A stretch of DNA of 54,627 nt from Candidatus Methylomirabilia bacterium (lineage in GTDB: Bacteria > Methylomirabilota > Methylomirabilia > Rokubacteriales > CSP1-6): positions 1 to 54,627 of the forward strand of contig JBGPXN010000008.1 in NCBI GenBank assembly GCA_041492755.1, in the 5' to 3' direction. The notes beneath the pieces are model-generated. The model was not told the DNA's origin and did no database searches. It saw only the letters and a program-made list of their open reading frames with translations. Below, piece by piece: positions 9,169 through 17,933 of this stretch. Numbering within the stretch: the stretch's first letter is position 1; every line of letters begins with the position of its first letter. The position numbers and the translations under genes were made by a program.

Positions 9169-10485
9169 TTATGAAAAAAGGCTCTCTATGCTATCAGCCC
9201 CCTTTTCGAGGCGGCAAGGTTTATCGCCCCCGCCGGCCAGGTGACGCAGCGCATCGCCGATCAACACGACCGAGCCCGCGACACAAACAATGGGGGGACG
9301 GGGTGGGCTCGTGGCCAGGGCTAGCGCTTCGGCGATGTCCGCCGCACAGTCGACACGGACGCCGGCCGGGATCGAGCCGCGAAGCGCCTCGGGATCGGCA
9401 GCGCGGGCGCTCGCCGGTCGCGTCAAGATCAGCCGGTCGGCCACCGGCAGCAACCCCTCGAGGATCCCGCGCGCGTCCTTGTCGGCGAGGACGCCGAAGA
9501 CGAACGTCGCCCGGACGTCGCCGAAGTGGGCGCGCAGCGAGGCGGCCAGCGCGCGGGCCCCGGCGGGGTTGTGCGCGGCGTCGAGCACGAGCGCGGGCGC
9601 GCGCTGCACCAGCTGGAAGCGCCCGGGCCACTGGGCGCGGGCGAGTCCAGCACGAATCGCCGGTTCGCCGACGTCGAGCGCCCGCGCGGTGGCGACCGCC
9701 AGCAGCGCGTTCCCCGGCTGGAACACGCCGAGGAGCGCCAGGTGCAGGTCGTCAATGCGCCAGCCCGGCCCGCGGCAGTCGATGCGCTGGCCGTCGAGAT
9801 CCACGCTGCGCACGTCGACGTGCAGATCGCGCCCCGCGACGAGCAACGGCACCCCGACGGCTACCGCGCGACGGGCGATGACGGCGGCGGCCTCGAGCGG
9901 CTGCGCCGCCGAGAGCGCCACGCCACTGCGGATGATGGCCGCCTTCTCGCCGGCGATCTCCCGCAGCGTGTTCCCCAGCACCACCTGGTGGTCGAAAGCG
10001 ATCGCCGAGATGACGGTGGCAAGGGGACGGCCCACCGTGGTCGCGTCGAGGCGCCCGCCGAGCCCGACTTCGAGCACCGCGACGTCGACCGCTTCGCGCG
10101 CGAAGTGATCGAGCGCGAGCGCGGTCGTCGCCTCGAACACGCTGGCGTCCAGTCGGGCGACCAGCGTGCCGAGCGCCTCCACGCCGTCCACCACCGCGTC
10201 CTCCGGGATCGCCTCGGCGTCGACGCGGATCCGCTCGCGGAACGAGACGAGATGCGGTGAGGTGTAGAGGCCGACGCGGCGCCCGGCGCGCTTGAGGATG
10301 GTCGCCAGCATCGCGGCCACCGAGCCCTTGCCGTTGGTGCCGCCGACCTGGACGAGCTGGTAGCGCTCCTCGGGATGACCAAGCGCGTCGAGCAGCACCT
10401 CCATCCGCTCGAGGCCGGGGCGCATCCCCGCGTGCTCGCCGCCGCGCAGGGCGAGCAGCCGGGCCACCGACTCGGCGTAGGTCAT
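9169..10485 (-). CDS. folC: Folylpolyglutamate synthase / dihydrofolate synthase
   Basis: GGTNGKGS, YTSPHL, EVGLGGRLDAT and LDAAHNP motifs. Confidence 0.96.
   Translation of the reverse strand: MTYAESVARLLALRGGEHAGMRPGLERMEVLLDALGHPEERYQLVQVGGTNGKGSVAAMLATILKRAGRRVGLYTSPHLVSFRERIRVDAEAIPEDAVVDGVEALGTLVARLDASVFEATTALALDHFAREAVDVAVLEVGLGGRLDATTVGRPLATVISAIAFDHQVVLGNTLREIAGEKAAIIRSGVALSAAQPLEAAAVIARRAVAVGVPLLVAGRDLHVDVRSVDLDGQRIDCRGPGWRIDDLHLALLGVFQPGNALLAVATARALDVGEPAIRAGLARAQWPGRFQLVQRAPALVLDAAHNPAGARALAASLRAHFGDVRATFVFGVLADKDARGILEGLLPVADRLILTRPASARAADPEALRGSIPAGVRVDCAADIAEALALATSPPRPPIVCVAGSVVLIGDALRHLAGGGDKPCRLEKGADSIESLFS
9188..9217 (-). promoter_or_regulatory. Putative sigma70 promoter for lptD inside the folC 3' end
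   Basis: Minus strand TTGCCG-N18-TAGCAT in a locally AT-rich patch ~40 nt upstream of the lptD ATG. Confidence 0.45.
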
Positions 10486-11333
10486 GGAGTCGGCGGCTGG
10501 TCGGCGAAGAAGGCGAGCAGCCGGCGCAGGACCTCCTTGAGGTCGCGGCGCTCGGCGATGAGGTCGATCTGGCCGTGCTCGAGCAGGAACTCGGAGCGTT
10601 GGAAGCCGTCGGGCAGCGGCTGTCGGATGGTCTCCGCGATGACGCGTGGCCCCGCGAAGCCGATGAGCGCGCGGGGCTCGGCGAGGATCACGTCGCCCAG
10701 CATGGCGAAGCTCGCGGTCACGCCGCCGGTGGTCGGATCGGTGAGGACGGACAGATAGGGCAGGCCCGCCGCGCCGAGCCGCTGCAGCGCGGCCGAGGTC
10801 TTGGCCATCTGCATGAGGGACAGGATGCCCTCCTGCATGCGGGCGCCGCCGGAGGCGGACACGATCACCACCGGCATGTGCTTGTCGATGGCGAGCTCGA
10901 TGATGCGCGTGATCTTCTCGCCGACCACCGAGCCCATGCTGCCGCCCATGAACGCGAAGTCGAAGACGGCGAGCGCCGCCGGAAAGCCGGCAATCGCGCC
11001 CAGGCCGGTGACGATCGCCTCGGTGGTGCCGGTCTTCTGCCGCGCGGCGCGCACCCGATCGCGGTAGCGCTTGGTGTCCTTGAAGCCGAGCGGGTCGGCG
11101 GCGGCGAGGCCGCGGTCACGCTCCTCGAACGTGCCGCGGTCCACGAGCTGGGCGATCCGATCGTGCGCGCTGATGCGGAACCCGTAGCGGCACTTCGGGC
11201 ACACCTGGCCCGCGCGCTCAACCTCGGCGCGGTAGATGATCTCCTTGCACGAGTCGCACTTGATCCACAGCCCCTCGGCGATGACGACCTTCGTCGCCCC
11301 GCCGGCGTCCTGCTTACGCCGGAACCACGCCAA
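10482..11333 (-). CDS. accD: Acetyl-CoA carboxylase carboxyltransferase beta subunit
   Basis: C4 zinc finger (KCDSC...CPKC), FMGGSMG, SGGARMQEG, DPTTGGV and GFAGPRVI; TTG start. Confidence 0.96.
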   Translation of the reverse strand: MAWFRRKQDAGGATKVVIAEGLWIKCDSCKEIIYRAEVERAGQVCPKCRYGFRISAHDRIAQLVDRGTFEERDRGLAAADPLGFKDTKRYRDRVRAARQKTGTTEAIVTGLGAIAGFPAALAVFDFAFMGGSMGSVVGEKITRIIELAIDKHMPVVIVSASGGARMQEGILSLMQMAKTSAALQRLGAAGLPYLSVLTDPTTGGVTASFAMLGDVILAEPRALIGFAGPRVIAETIRQPLPDGFQRSEFLLEHGQIDLIAERRDLKEVLRRLLAFFADQPPTP

Positions 11334-11342
11334 TTGTCGTGT

Positions 11343-11462
11343 TCGGAGGGGGCTCTACTCGCCCCCTCCAAAACCTCCCTTGCACCACATCAGAGGGGGC
11401 GCGGCGCCCCCTCCGATTCCTCCCCACTGCGATCGGGGGCGCCGGCGGAGCCGGCGCTCGAA
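11343..11462 (-). repeat. REP-like repeat, type B, with duplicated second hairpin
   Basis: Minus strand TTCGAGCGCCGGC-TCC-GCCGGCG ... TCGGAGGGGGCG-cc-GCGCCCCCTCTGA ... TTGGAGGGGGC-gagtaga-GCCCCCTCCGA. Confidence 0.8.
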
Positions 11463-11485
11463 CATCGCGATCAGCCCGCGGGGCC

Positions 11486-12304
11486 TCATCGCCCGGTCGC
11501 CTCTGCACCGGCGCGGAGCGGGGCTTTGAGGCTGGCGATGAAGTCGCCGACGTCTTGCACCATGCGGGGGCGGGCGGCGCGCTCTTCGATCAGGCGGACG
11601 ATGGCGGAGCCGACGATGACGCCGTCGGCGGAGCGGCCGACCGCGGCGACGTGTTCGGGAGTGCTGATGCCGAACCCGACGCACACCGGCTTCGTCGTCA
11701 CCAGGCGCAGCGCGCGAATCTGGCTTTCGAGTCCCGCCGGCAACGCCGCGCGCTCGCCGGTCACACCGGTCAGCGAGACCAGGTAGACGAAGCCGCGGCT
11801 CTGACGCGCGATCAGCCGCAGGCGCTCGGGCGTGGAGGTGGGCGCGGCGAGGTGGATCAGGTCGAGGCCGACCGCATCCGTCTCCGCGCGCAGCGGTCCG
11901 CCCTCCTCGGGCGGCAGGTCGGGAACGATCACCCCGTCCACCCCGACCTTCACCGCGCTCTCGGCGAACGCGCGCAGGCCGAAGGCCATGACCGGGTTGT
12001 AGTACGTCATCAGCACGATCGGAATGGTCAGCTCGGCGCGCAGCGTCCGCACGACGTCGAGCACCCGGAGCATCGTGGTGCCGGCGGCGAGCGCGCGCTG
12101 GCTGGCGCGCTGGATCACCGGCCCATCACCGATGGGGTCGGAGAAGGGGACGCCCAGCTCGATCACGTCGGCGCCGCGACGCTCCGCCTCCAGGGCCAGG
12201 CGCACGGTGAGATCGAAGGACGGATCGCCGACGGCGAAGTACGGAACGAGCGCCCGATCGCCGCGGGAGCGAAGCGCCTCGAACGCGGCGCCGAGCCGGC
12301 TCAC
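11486..12304 (-). CDS. trpA: Tryptophan synthase alpha chain
   Basis: [37 protein letters not shown] and DGVIVGSA motifs. Confidence 0.97.
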   Translation of the reverse strand: MSRLGAAFEALRSRGDRALVPYFAVGDPSFDLTVRLALEAERRGADVIELGVPFSDPIGDGPVIQRASQRALAAGTTMLRVLDVVRTLRAELTIPIVLMTYYNPVMAFGLRAFAESAVKVGVDGVIVPDLPPEEGGPLRAETDAVGLDLIHLAAPTSTPERLRLIARQSRGFVYLVSLTGVTGERAALPAGLESQIRALRLVTTKPVCVGFGISTPEHVAAVGRSADGVIVGSAIVRLIEERAARPRMVQDVGDFIASLKAPLRAGAEATGR

Positions 12305-13587
12305 TTCTGCAAGTGGGGGGCCCCGATATGGCCCCCCACCCCCCCCGGCTCGGCAGCGCCCCGGAGAACCCGTGGCGCTCCTCGATCTCCGTCACTTGGA
12401 GACTCCCCGAGCGCGCGCTGGACCACCTGCACGTCCTTGTCGCCGCGGCCGGAGAGGCCGACGACGATCGCCTTGGACTTCGGCAACCGCTTGCCGAGCT
12501 GCATCGCGTACGCGACCGCGTGCGCCGATTCCAGCGCCGGCATGATCCCTTCCAGCCGCGCCAGCGCATGAAACGCCTCGAGCGCCTCTTCGTCGGTGAT
12601 CGAGACGAACTCGAACCGCCCGGTGTCCTTGTAGTACGCGTGCTCGGGGCCCACGCCCGGATAGTCGAGCCCGGCGGAGATGGAGTGCGCGGTTGCGATC
12701 TGGCCGTCGTCGTTCTGCAGCAGATAGGTCATGCAGCCGTGCAGCACGCCCACCCGCCCCGTGCCCAGACTCGCGCCATGCCGCCCCGTCTTGATCCCGT
12801 GACCGCCCGGCTCGACGCCGATGATCCGCACGCGGCGATCGCCGATGAACGGATGGAAGAGCCCGATGGCGTTCGAGCCGCCGCCCACGCAGGCGATCAG
12901 CACGTCGGGGTGCCGCCGCAGGACGCGCGGCGCCTGCCGGCGCACCTCGCGGCCGATGACGGTGTGGAAGTCGCGCACCATCATCGGATAGGGATGCGGG
13001 CCGAGCGCGGAGCCGAGGAGATAGTACGTCGTGCCCACGTTGGTGACCCAGTCCCGCATCGCCTCGTTGATGGCGTCCTTGAGGGTCTGGCTCCCGGACT
13101 CCACCGGGATCACGCGCGCGCCCAGCAGCCGCATGCGGAAGACATTGAGCGCCTGTCGCTCCACGTCCTCGGCGCCCATGTACACCGCGCACTCGAGCCC
13201 GAACAGCGACGCCACCGTGGCGGTGGCCACGCCGTGCTGCCCCGCGCCCGTCTCCGCGATGAGGCGCTTCTTCTTCATGCGAACGGCGAGCAGCCCCTGG
13301 CCCAGCACGTTGTTGATCTTGTGCGCGCCGGTGTGGCAGAGGTCCTCACGCTTGAGATAGATGCGGGCGCCGCCCACCTGCTCGGTGAGCCGGCGGGCGA
13401 AGTAGAGCGGCGTCGGCCGGCCGGCGTAGTCCGCGAGCAGCGCGGCAAGCTGCTGCCGAAACTGCCGATCGCGCCTGGCCCGATCGTAGGCGCGCGCGAG
13501 CTCGTCGAGCGCGGTCATGACGGTCTCCGGCACGAAGCGGCCGCCGTACTGGCCGAAGTGCCCGTGCGCGTCGGGCAACCGGCTCAT
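12301..13587 (-). CDS. trpB: Tryptophan synthase beta chain with a repeat-derived C-terminal tail
   Basis: [41 protein letters not shown] and LSGRGDKD motifs; ATG overlaps the trpF stop. Confidence 0.97.
   Translation of the reverse strand: MSRLPDAHGHFGQYGGRFVPETVMTALDELARAYDRARRDRQFRQQLAALLADYAGRPTPLYFARRLTEQVGGARIYLKREDLCHTGAHKINNVLGQGLLAVRMKKKRLIAETGAGQHGVATATVASLFGLECAVYMGAEDVERQALNVFRMRLLGARVIPVESGSQTLKDAINEAMRDWVTNVGTTYYLLGSALGPHPYPMMVRDFHTVIGREVRRQAPRVLRRHPDVLIACVGGGSNAIGLFHPFIGDRRVRIIGVEPGGHGIKTGRHGASLGTGRVGVLHGCMTYLLQNDDGQIATAHSISAGLDYPGVGPEHAYYKDTGRFEFVSITDEEALEAFHALARLEGIMPALESAHAVAYAMQLGKRLPKSKAIVVGLSGRGDKDVQVVQRALGESPSDGDRGAPRVLRGAAEPGGVGGHIGAPHLQK
12311..12385 (-). repeat. REP-like repeat, type A, inverted copy in frame within trpB
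   Basis: Minus strand TCGAGGAGCGCCACGG-GTTCT-CCGGGGCGCT...GGGGGGCC-ATATCGG-GGCCCCCCACTT. Confidence 0.88.
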
Positions 13588-14282
13588 CCGGCCCGCCTGG
13601 CCTCCGCCACGAACCGGCGGACCTTGTCGGGATCCTTCTTTCCCGGCCGTGCCTCCACGCCCGAGTTCACGTCCACCGCGTAGGGCCGGACGATCTCCGC
13701 GGCGCGTGCGACGTTGTCGGGCGTGAGCCCACCGGAGAGGATCAGACGGACACCCCGGGCCCAGGCACGGGCCGGGTTGCCCATCTCCATGAATCCATGA
13801 CCGGGGCCGCTCGCGGCAAGCCGCCAGTCGATCGGCGCGCGCGTCTGGCCCTCGCTCCACCGCACGGCGGTGTCGAGCAGGACGGCGGCGGTGACGGTCC
13901 GGAATCGGAGCACCTGGGTCAACTCACCGAGCTTGTACTCGGGCAGGCCCTCGATGGTGGACGCCGGCGGGAGCTTGATGGTCTTGATCACCGGCAGGTC
14001 GTAGCCGCCCACGTCCTCCGGCGTCTCGTCGCCGTGGAACTGGAGCGCCCGCAGCCCGCACGTCTCCGCGACCGCCTTGACGTGCCCGCGCGGGTGGTCC
14101 CAGAAGACGCCGACCGGGGTGACGAACGGCGGCAGCCGGCGGATGATCGGCGCCACCTGCTCGGGCGTCACGAACCGCGGCGTACCTTCGACGAAGATGA
14201 AGCCCAGCGCGTCGGCCCCGGCCTCCACCGCCGCCATGGCGTCCTCCAGATTGGTGAGGCCGCAGACCTTCACTCTAACCAC
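13584..14282 (-). CDS. trpF: Phosphoribosylanthranilate isomerase
   Basis: [30 protein letters not shown] and DVNSGVE..PGKKD motifs. Confidence 0.94.
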   Translation of the reverse strand: MVRVKVCGLTNLEDAMAAVEAGADALGFIFVEGTPRFVTPEQVAPIIRRLPPFVTPVGVFWDHPRGHVKAVAETCGLRALQFHGDETPEDVGGYDLPVIKTIKLPPASTIEGLPEYKLGELTQVLRFRTVTAAVLLDTAVRWSEGQTRAPIDWRLAASGPGHGFMEMGNPARAWARGVRLILSGGLTPDNVARAAEIVRPYAVDVNSGVEARPGKKDPDKVRRFVAEARRAG

Positions 14283-15060
14283 GGAGCGTCAGCTCCCGGA
14301 CCTTGGCGGGGACGTCGCCGGCCGTCACCAGGCCTTCGCCGACGAGAACGGCGTGCGCGCCCGCGCGGACGACTATCCGGACCTGGTCGGCAGTGAAGAA
14401 GCCGCTCTCGCTCACCACGATGGCGCCGGGCGGGACGAGCGGCAGGAGCTCCAGGGTCGTTTCCAGACGCGTCGTGAACGTGCCGAGGTCCCGGTTGTTG
14501 ATGCCGATGATCCGCGCGCCCGCTTCCGCCGCCGCCTCGACTTCGCCCGCCGTGTGCGCCTCCACGAGCGCGGCCATGGCCAGCGCCTTGGCGCCCGCCA
14601 GCAGCTCGCGCAGCAGCGCCGGCGGCAGGATGCTCACGATCAGCAACACCGCGTCCGCGCCCGCGACCCGCGATTCCCAGAGCTGGTACTCGTCGATCAG
14701 GAAGTCCTTGCGCAGCAGCGGCACCGTGACCGCGGCCCTGATGGCGCCCAGCAGGTCGAGGTGCCCCTTGAAGTATTTCTCGTCGGTGAGCACGGAGATG
14801 GCGGCCGCGCCGTGGGCGGCGTAGGTCGTGGCGAGCGCGACGGGGTCGAACTCCTGGGCCAGCACCCCGCGCGACGGCGACGCCTTCTTGACCTCCGCGA
14901 TCAGCCGGACACCGCCCGCGAGCGGCGTGAGCGCCGCTTCGAAGTCCCGCGGCGGCGCCAGCGTCCGGGCGCGTCGCTCCAGGTCCGCGAGCGGGACAGC
15001 CTGGCGCCGCTGCCCCAGCTCGACTCGCTTGTCGCGGACGATCTCGTCGAGAATCGTCAT
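14275..15060 (-). CDS. trpC: Indole-3-glycerol phosphate synthase
   Basis: IAEVKKASPSRG, SVLTD, LRKDF, GINNRDL and VSESG motifs. Confidence 0.97.
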   Translation of the reverse strand: MTILDEIVRDKRVELGQRRQAVPLADLERRARTLAPPRDFEAALTPLAGGVRLIAEVKKASPSRGVLAQEFDPVALATTYAAHGAAAISVLTDEKYFKGHLDLLGAIRAAVTVPLLRKDFLIDEYQLWESRVAGADAVLLIVSILPPALLRELLAGAKALAMAALVEAHTAGEVEAAAEAGARIIGINNRDLGTFTTRLETTLELLPLVPPGAIVVSESGFFTADQVRIVVRAGAHAVLVGEGLVTAGDVPAKVRELTLRG

Positions 15061-15070
15061 CGCAAGCGGA

Positions 15071-16282
15071 CTAGTAGTCCGTCCGTAGCCCCTGACGCCT
15101 CAGCGTATCGAGCGGCATCCCGGCGAGCTGATCGAGGACGTGGTCGCGGATGGTGCGGGGCGGCGGCAGGTCGCGCACGAGGCGGCCGCCCCGGATGAGC
15201 GGCTTGAGGAGCGGCTCGCGGATGCCGCCGCACGCGCACGGGGGCGGCGCCGTCCCCAGGGGGACCACCGCGGTGTCGCGGCACTTGCGGCAGCGGAGCA
15301 CGGCCTTGGCGCCCGACCACTTGCCGCGCTTGGCCATCGGCCGGCCCTCGATCTCCATGATGTCGAGGGCGAAGTTCAGGACGGGCGCGCTCGCGATCGA
15401 GGTTCCCACGCCGTAGGCGTCGACGATCGGGTTGAGCCGGAGGATCTCGTACTCGTCGATGCCGCCCGAGGTGATGATCTTCACGTGCTGGAAGCCGCGC
15501 AGGTCCAGCTCCCAGCGTACCTCCTCGATGATCCGGTAGAAGTCGCCGCGGCGGGAGGAGGGCGTGTCGAGCCGGACGGCGTAGAGATCCTTGCCAAGCG
15601 CTTCCGCCACGCGGATCGCCTCGAACTTCTCGTCCTGCAGCGTGTCGACCAGCGCGACCCGTCGGACTTTCTTGTCGATGACCTCATCGAAGGCGCGCAG
15701 CGCCTCGACGGTGTCGCCGACCATGAGCACGAGCGAGTGCGGGATGGTCCCCATCGGATCGGCGTCGATCAGCTCGGCGGCCTTGGTCACGGCGACACCG
15801 TCACAGCCGCCGATGAACGCGTTGCGCTCGATCATCGGGGCCAACACGGGGTGCATGCGGCGGGCCCCGAACGAGATGACTTGCCGCTCCCCCGCCGCCT
15901 TCTTGCACCGCGAGGCTTTCGTCGCGATGCCCGACGCCTGGCAGATGAGCCCGAGCAGCGACGTCTCGTACTGCGCCCACTCGACGTACGTGCCCTCGAG
16001 CGTGACGACCGGCTGGTAAGGGGCGAACACCGTGCCCTCGTCCATCGCGTGCACGTCGACCTTCACGCCTTCGAAGAGCGCGGCGACTTCTTCGATGCCG
16101 GCCAGGATGCCCCAGGCCCAGTCCTCGGGCAGGCTCTTGACGTAGACCTCGGCCTTCACCCGCTTGCGATCCTTCCGATGGTTGAGGATCTCGACGGTCC
16201 GGACGAAGTAGACGTCCGAGACTTCGCCGCTTCGGATCTCGGCGTCGGAGGCAGTGTGGAACGGACGCTTGGGGGTCGGCAT
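15071..16282 (-). CDS. pncB: Nicotinate phosphoribosyltransferase (short form with C-terminal CxxC...CxC motif)
   Basis: SDVYF, SFGARRMHP, GTIPH, LVDT, VRLDTPSSRRG, SGG, YGVGT and KRGKWSG motifs. Confidence 0.88.
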   Translation of the reverse strand: MPTPKRPFHTASDAEIRSGEVSDVYFVRTVEILNHRKDRKRVKAEVYVKSLPEDWAWGILAGIEEVAALFEGVKVDVHAMDEGTVFAPYQPVVTLEGTYVEWAQYETSLLGLICQASGIATKASRCKKAAGERQVISFGARRMHPVLAPMIERNAFIGGCDGVAVTKAAELIDADPMGTIPHSLVLMVGDTVEALRAFDEVIDKKVRRVALVDTLQDEKFEAIRVAEALGKDLYAVRLDTPSSRRGDFYRIIEEVRWELDLRGFQHVKIITSGGIDEYEILRLNPIVDAYGVGTSIASAPVLNFALDIMEIEGRPMAKRGKWSGAKAVLRCRKCRDTAVVPLGTAPPPCACGGIREPLLKPLIRGGRLVRDLPPPRTIRDHVLDQLAGMPLDTLRRQGLRTDY

Positions 16283-16288
16283 CGGTCT

Positions 16289-16349
16289 GCACCTTCGGGC
16301 CGTCGTCATCTCGGCCGCGGCCGGCCACGGCGACTCGGGCTAAAGGTGC
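16289..16349 (-). promoter_or_regulatory. Structured 5' leader of pncB that sequesters the ribosome-binding site
   Basis: GCACCTT...AAGGTGC outer stem, inner GTCGCCGT/ATGACGAC and GGCCG/CGGCC stems; the 3' arm contains the SD-like AAGGTG. Confidence 0.45.
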
Positions 16350-16354
16350 GTGGG

Positions 16355-16383
16355 ATTGTGGCAGAACCCCCGGGCCTAGTCAA
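16355..16383 (-). promoter_or_regulatory. Putative sigma70 promoter of the pncB-trp operon
   Basis: Minus strand TTGACT-N17-CACAAT with an extended -10 TG. Confidence 0.6.
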
Positions 16384-16446
16384 CGCGGAGGGCGCCGCGG
16401 CCCCTGCCACCTGTCAGCCATGTGCCACAGGCCTGTATGCACTACA

Positions 16447-16458
16447 GTATGATCATAC
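16447..16458 (+). promoter_or_regulatory. Palindromic operator overlapping a -10 box upstream of the RHH-like gene
   Basis: Perfect palindrome GTATGATCATAC containing TATGAT, 13 nt before the ATG at 16472. Confidence 0.5.
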
Positions 16459-16471
16459 CGAGGTCGAGACC

Positions 16472-16723
16472 ATGCCCCCCAACGAGAACCGGAGCAAGTT
16501 CGTTCTTGAGGCGGTCCGCCATGAGCTGAAGCGGCGCCGTCGCGAGGATCTCCAGCGCTCGCTTCGCAGCCCTCATCCTGAGAGCGAGCAGCTTGCCGAG
16601 GCAGGGTTCGCTGAATGGGCGGGCGGCTTGCCTGACGAGAATGCCGCTGACCTCGTCGATCTCAAAGCCGGGACGCCCGTGCGTTGGAGCCCTGGCGAGG
16701 GCTGGGTGGAGACGAGCAAGTGA
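16472..16723 (+). pseudogene. CopG/ribbon-helix-helix antitoxin-like gene, apparently lacking the N-terminal strand and first helix
   Basis: GAGG SD and ATG, then NRSKFVLEAVRHEL (RHH helix B-like) directly after MPPNE; acidic C-terminus; no toxin ORF follows. Confidence 0.55.
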
Positions 16724-16754
16724 ATTCGTAGTACTGGTACTCGCTCATCGTTCG

Positions 16755-16895
16755 TCATCTCCCACGACGCGCCCATCGGCGGTAGGCATCGATCCACTCC
16801 GAGCCCTTGGGCGGTGGCTTCGGAAGGGGCAGGTCGGCGATCGGTATCCGCTGGCGCGACTTATCCCGTGCGCAGACTGCAACGACCTCCTCCAT
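16755..16895 (-). pseudogene. C-terminal fragment of a conserved hypothetical protein (CcbP calcium-binding-like family, from recall)
   Basis: 46-aa frame MEEVVAVCARDKSRQRIPIADLPLPKPPPKGSEWIDAYRRWARRGR, absent from the ORF track; resembles a recurring IPxxDLPLPxPPPxGxEWIxAYRRW C-terminus. Confidence 0.5.
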
Positions 16896-16904
16896 AGAGA
16901 TGGG

Positions 16905-17228
16905 CTATGCCGCGATCCGCTTCCGCCTCCGGGCGCGGTTGGGGACAACGTCGACGGTGAGCTTGGCCCCAAGTGCCGTCGCCCAGCGACACAGCGTGTG
17001 AAGTTCGATGTTCTTCGCGCGCCCGGCCTCGAGCTTGGCGATGTGGGGCTGGCTCACGCCGAGCCGCTCGGCGAGCTGCGCCTGGGTCAGGCCGCGTTGG
17101 GTGCGGAGTGCCGCAAGCTTCTGTTCGATCATCATCTCGTTGAGGTACTCCTCCACCTTCCGCTTGAGGTCGGCGTCGGTGTCGATCTGATGATCGATCC
17201 ACTTCATGAAGTCGCTCTTTCGAGCCAT
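16905..17228 (-). CDS. XRE-family HTH antitoxin (HigA-like)
   Basis: LAALRTQRGLTQAQLAERLGVSQPHIAKLEAG HTH; lies downstream of a RelE-like toxin; alternative starts at 17234/17237. Confidence 0.88.
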   Translation of the reverse strand: MARKSDFMKWIDHQIDTDADLKRKVEEYLNEMMIEQKLAALRTQRGLTQAQLAERLGVSQPHIAKLEAGRAKNIELHTLCRWATALGAKLTVDVVPNRARRRKRIAA

Positions 17229-17233
17229 CACCA

Positions 17234-17593
17234 TCACCTCTTCCTCTCGGTCTTCGCCTTCTTTAACCGTTCCCGCGCGTCCTTCTGGTAGCCCCGCATC
17301 TGGGCGAGCACGTCGGCTGGAATCCGGTCCTGTTTCTTCACCATGCCGCCCAGGAGGCGGATGATCTGGCCGGGCTCGAACATGTAGAAGAGCCGGACCT
17401 GGTTGCGGCGCAGCTCAAACAGCCCGTCCCCGAGGGCCTTAGAGTGTGGCTCGCGGAGATTGTTGCCGAGCGGCTCGGCGAGCTTGATCAGCGCGATCGC
17501 CTCCGCCTTGACGTCGGGCGGCAGCCCGGCGATGAAGGTCCGCACTGGCGTTTCCCCCGCTGCAGTGCGGTACTCCTCAATCCGCCACGCCAT
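17234..17593 (-). CDS. RelE/ParE-family toxin (HigB/Gp49-like)
   Basis: WRIEEY..G.TPV..F, EPHSKALGDGLFELR, RLFY and VKKQDRIP motifs; toxin-first arrangement. Confidence 0.87.
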   Translation of the reverse strand: MAWRIEEYRTAAGETPVRTFIAGLPPDVKAEAIALIKLAEPLGNNLREPHSKALGDGLFELRRNQVRLFYMFEPGQIIRLLGGMVKKQDRIPADVLAQMRGYQKDARERLKKAKTERKR

Positions 17594-17598
17594 GACGC

Positions 17599-17635
17599 AG
17601 CATAACCCTAGAGACATATATGAGTCAAGGGTTAT
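17599..17635 (-). promoter_or_regulatory. Leaderless promoter and palindromic operator of the TA operon
   Basis: TTGACT-N18-TATGCT 5 nt before the ATG; imperfect 34-bp palindrome ATAACCCTagagaCAT-AT-ATGagtcaAGGGTTAT covering it. Confidence 0.72.
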
Positions 17636-17760
17636 ACGGGCGGCGGCGGCGGAAGTCCCTTGAAATGACCTGGAATCAAATAGGGACGGATCGACTACCT
17701 ACCCGAACGGTAGGAACGGCGGCACGCCCTTCAAGTCAGAGCCCGTGAACGAATTGGAGG

Positions 17761-17931
17761 TCGAGGGGCGCCACGGCTCCGCCGGGGCGTCCCGAGCGTT
17801 GGGGGGTTTGGGGGCCATGTCGGGGCCCCATGTCCTCAGGGGGTGTGAGGGAATTCGAGGGGCGCCACGGCTTCGCCGGGGCGCGCCGAGCGCCGGGGGG
17901 GTATGGGGGGCCATGTCGGGGCCCCCCATGT
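17761..17931 (+). repeat. Two tandem REP-like type A repeats (17761-17833 and 17855-17931)
   Basis: Both match the copy at 47-120; they sit immediately downstream of the galU stop. Confidence 0.9.
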
Positions 17932-17933
17932 AC

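Noticed and set aside
16433..16447. CTGTATGCACTACAG as a LexA/SOS box
   Set aside because: Spacing is CTGT-N7-ACAG rather than N8, and the LexA motif of this lineage is unknown
17660..17760. Possible IS end (AGAGCCCGTGAACGAA) and small hairpin next to the TA islet
   Set aside because: No matching second end or transposase; too short to support
17761..17931. Tandem repeats as a possible CRISPR array or integron attC sites
   Set aside because: Only two ~75-bp units, dispersed copies elsewhere, no cas or integrase gene, and no RYYYAAC/GTTRRRY ends
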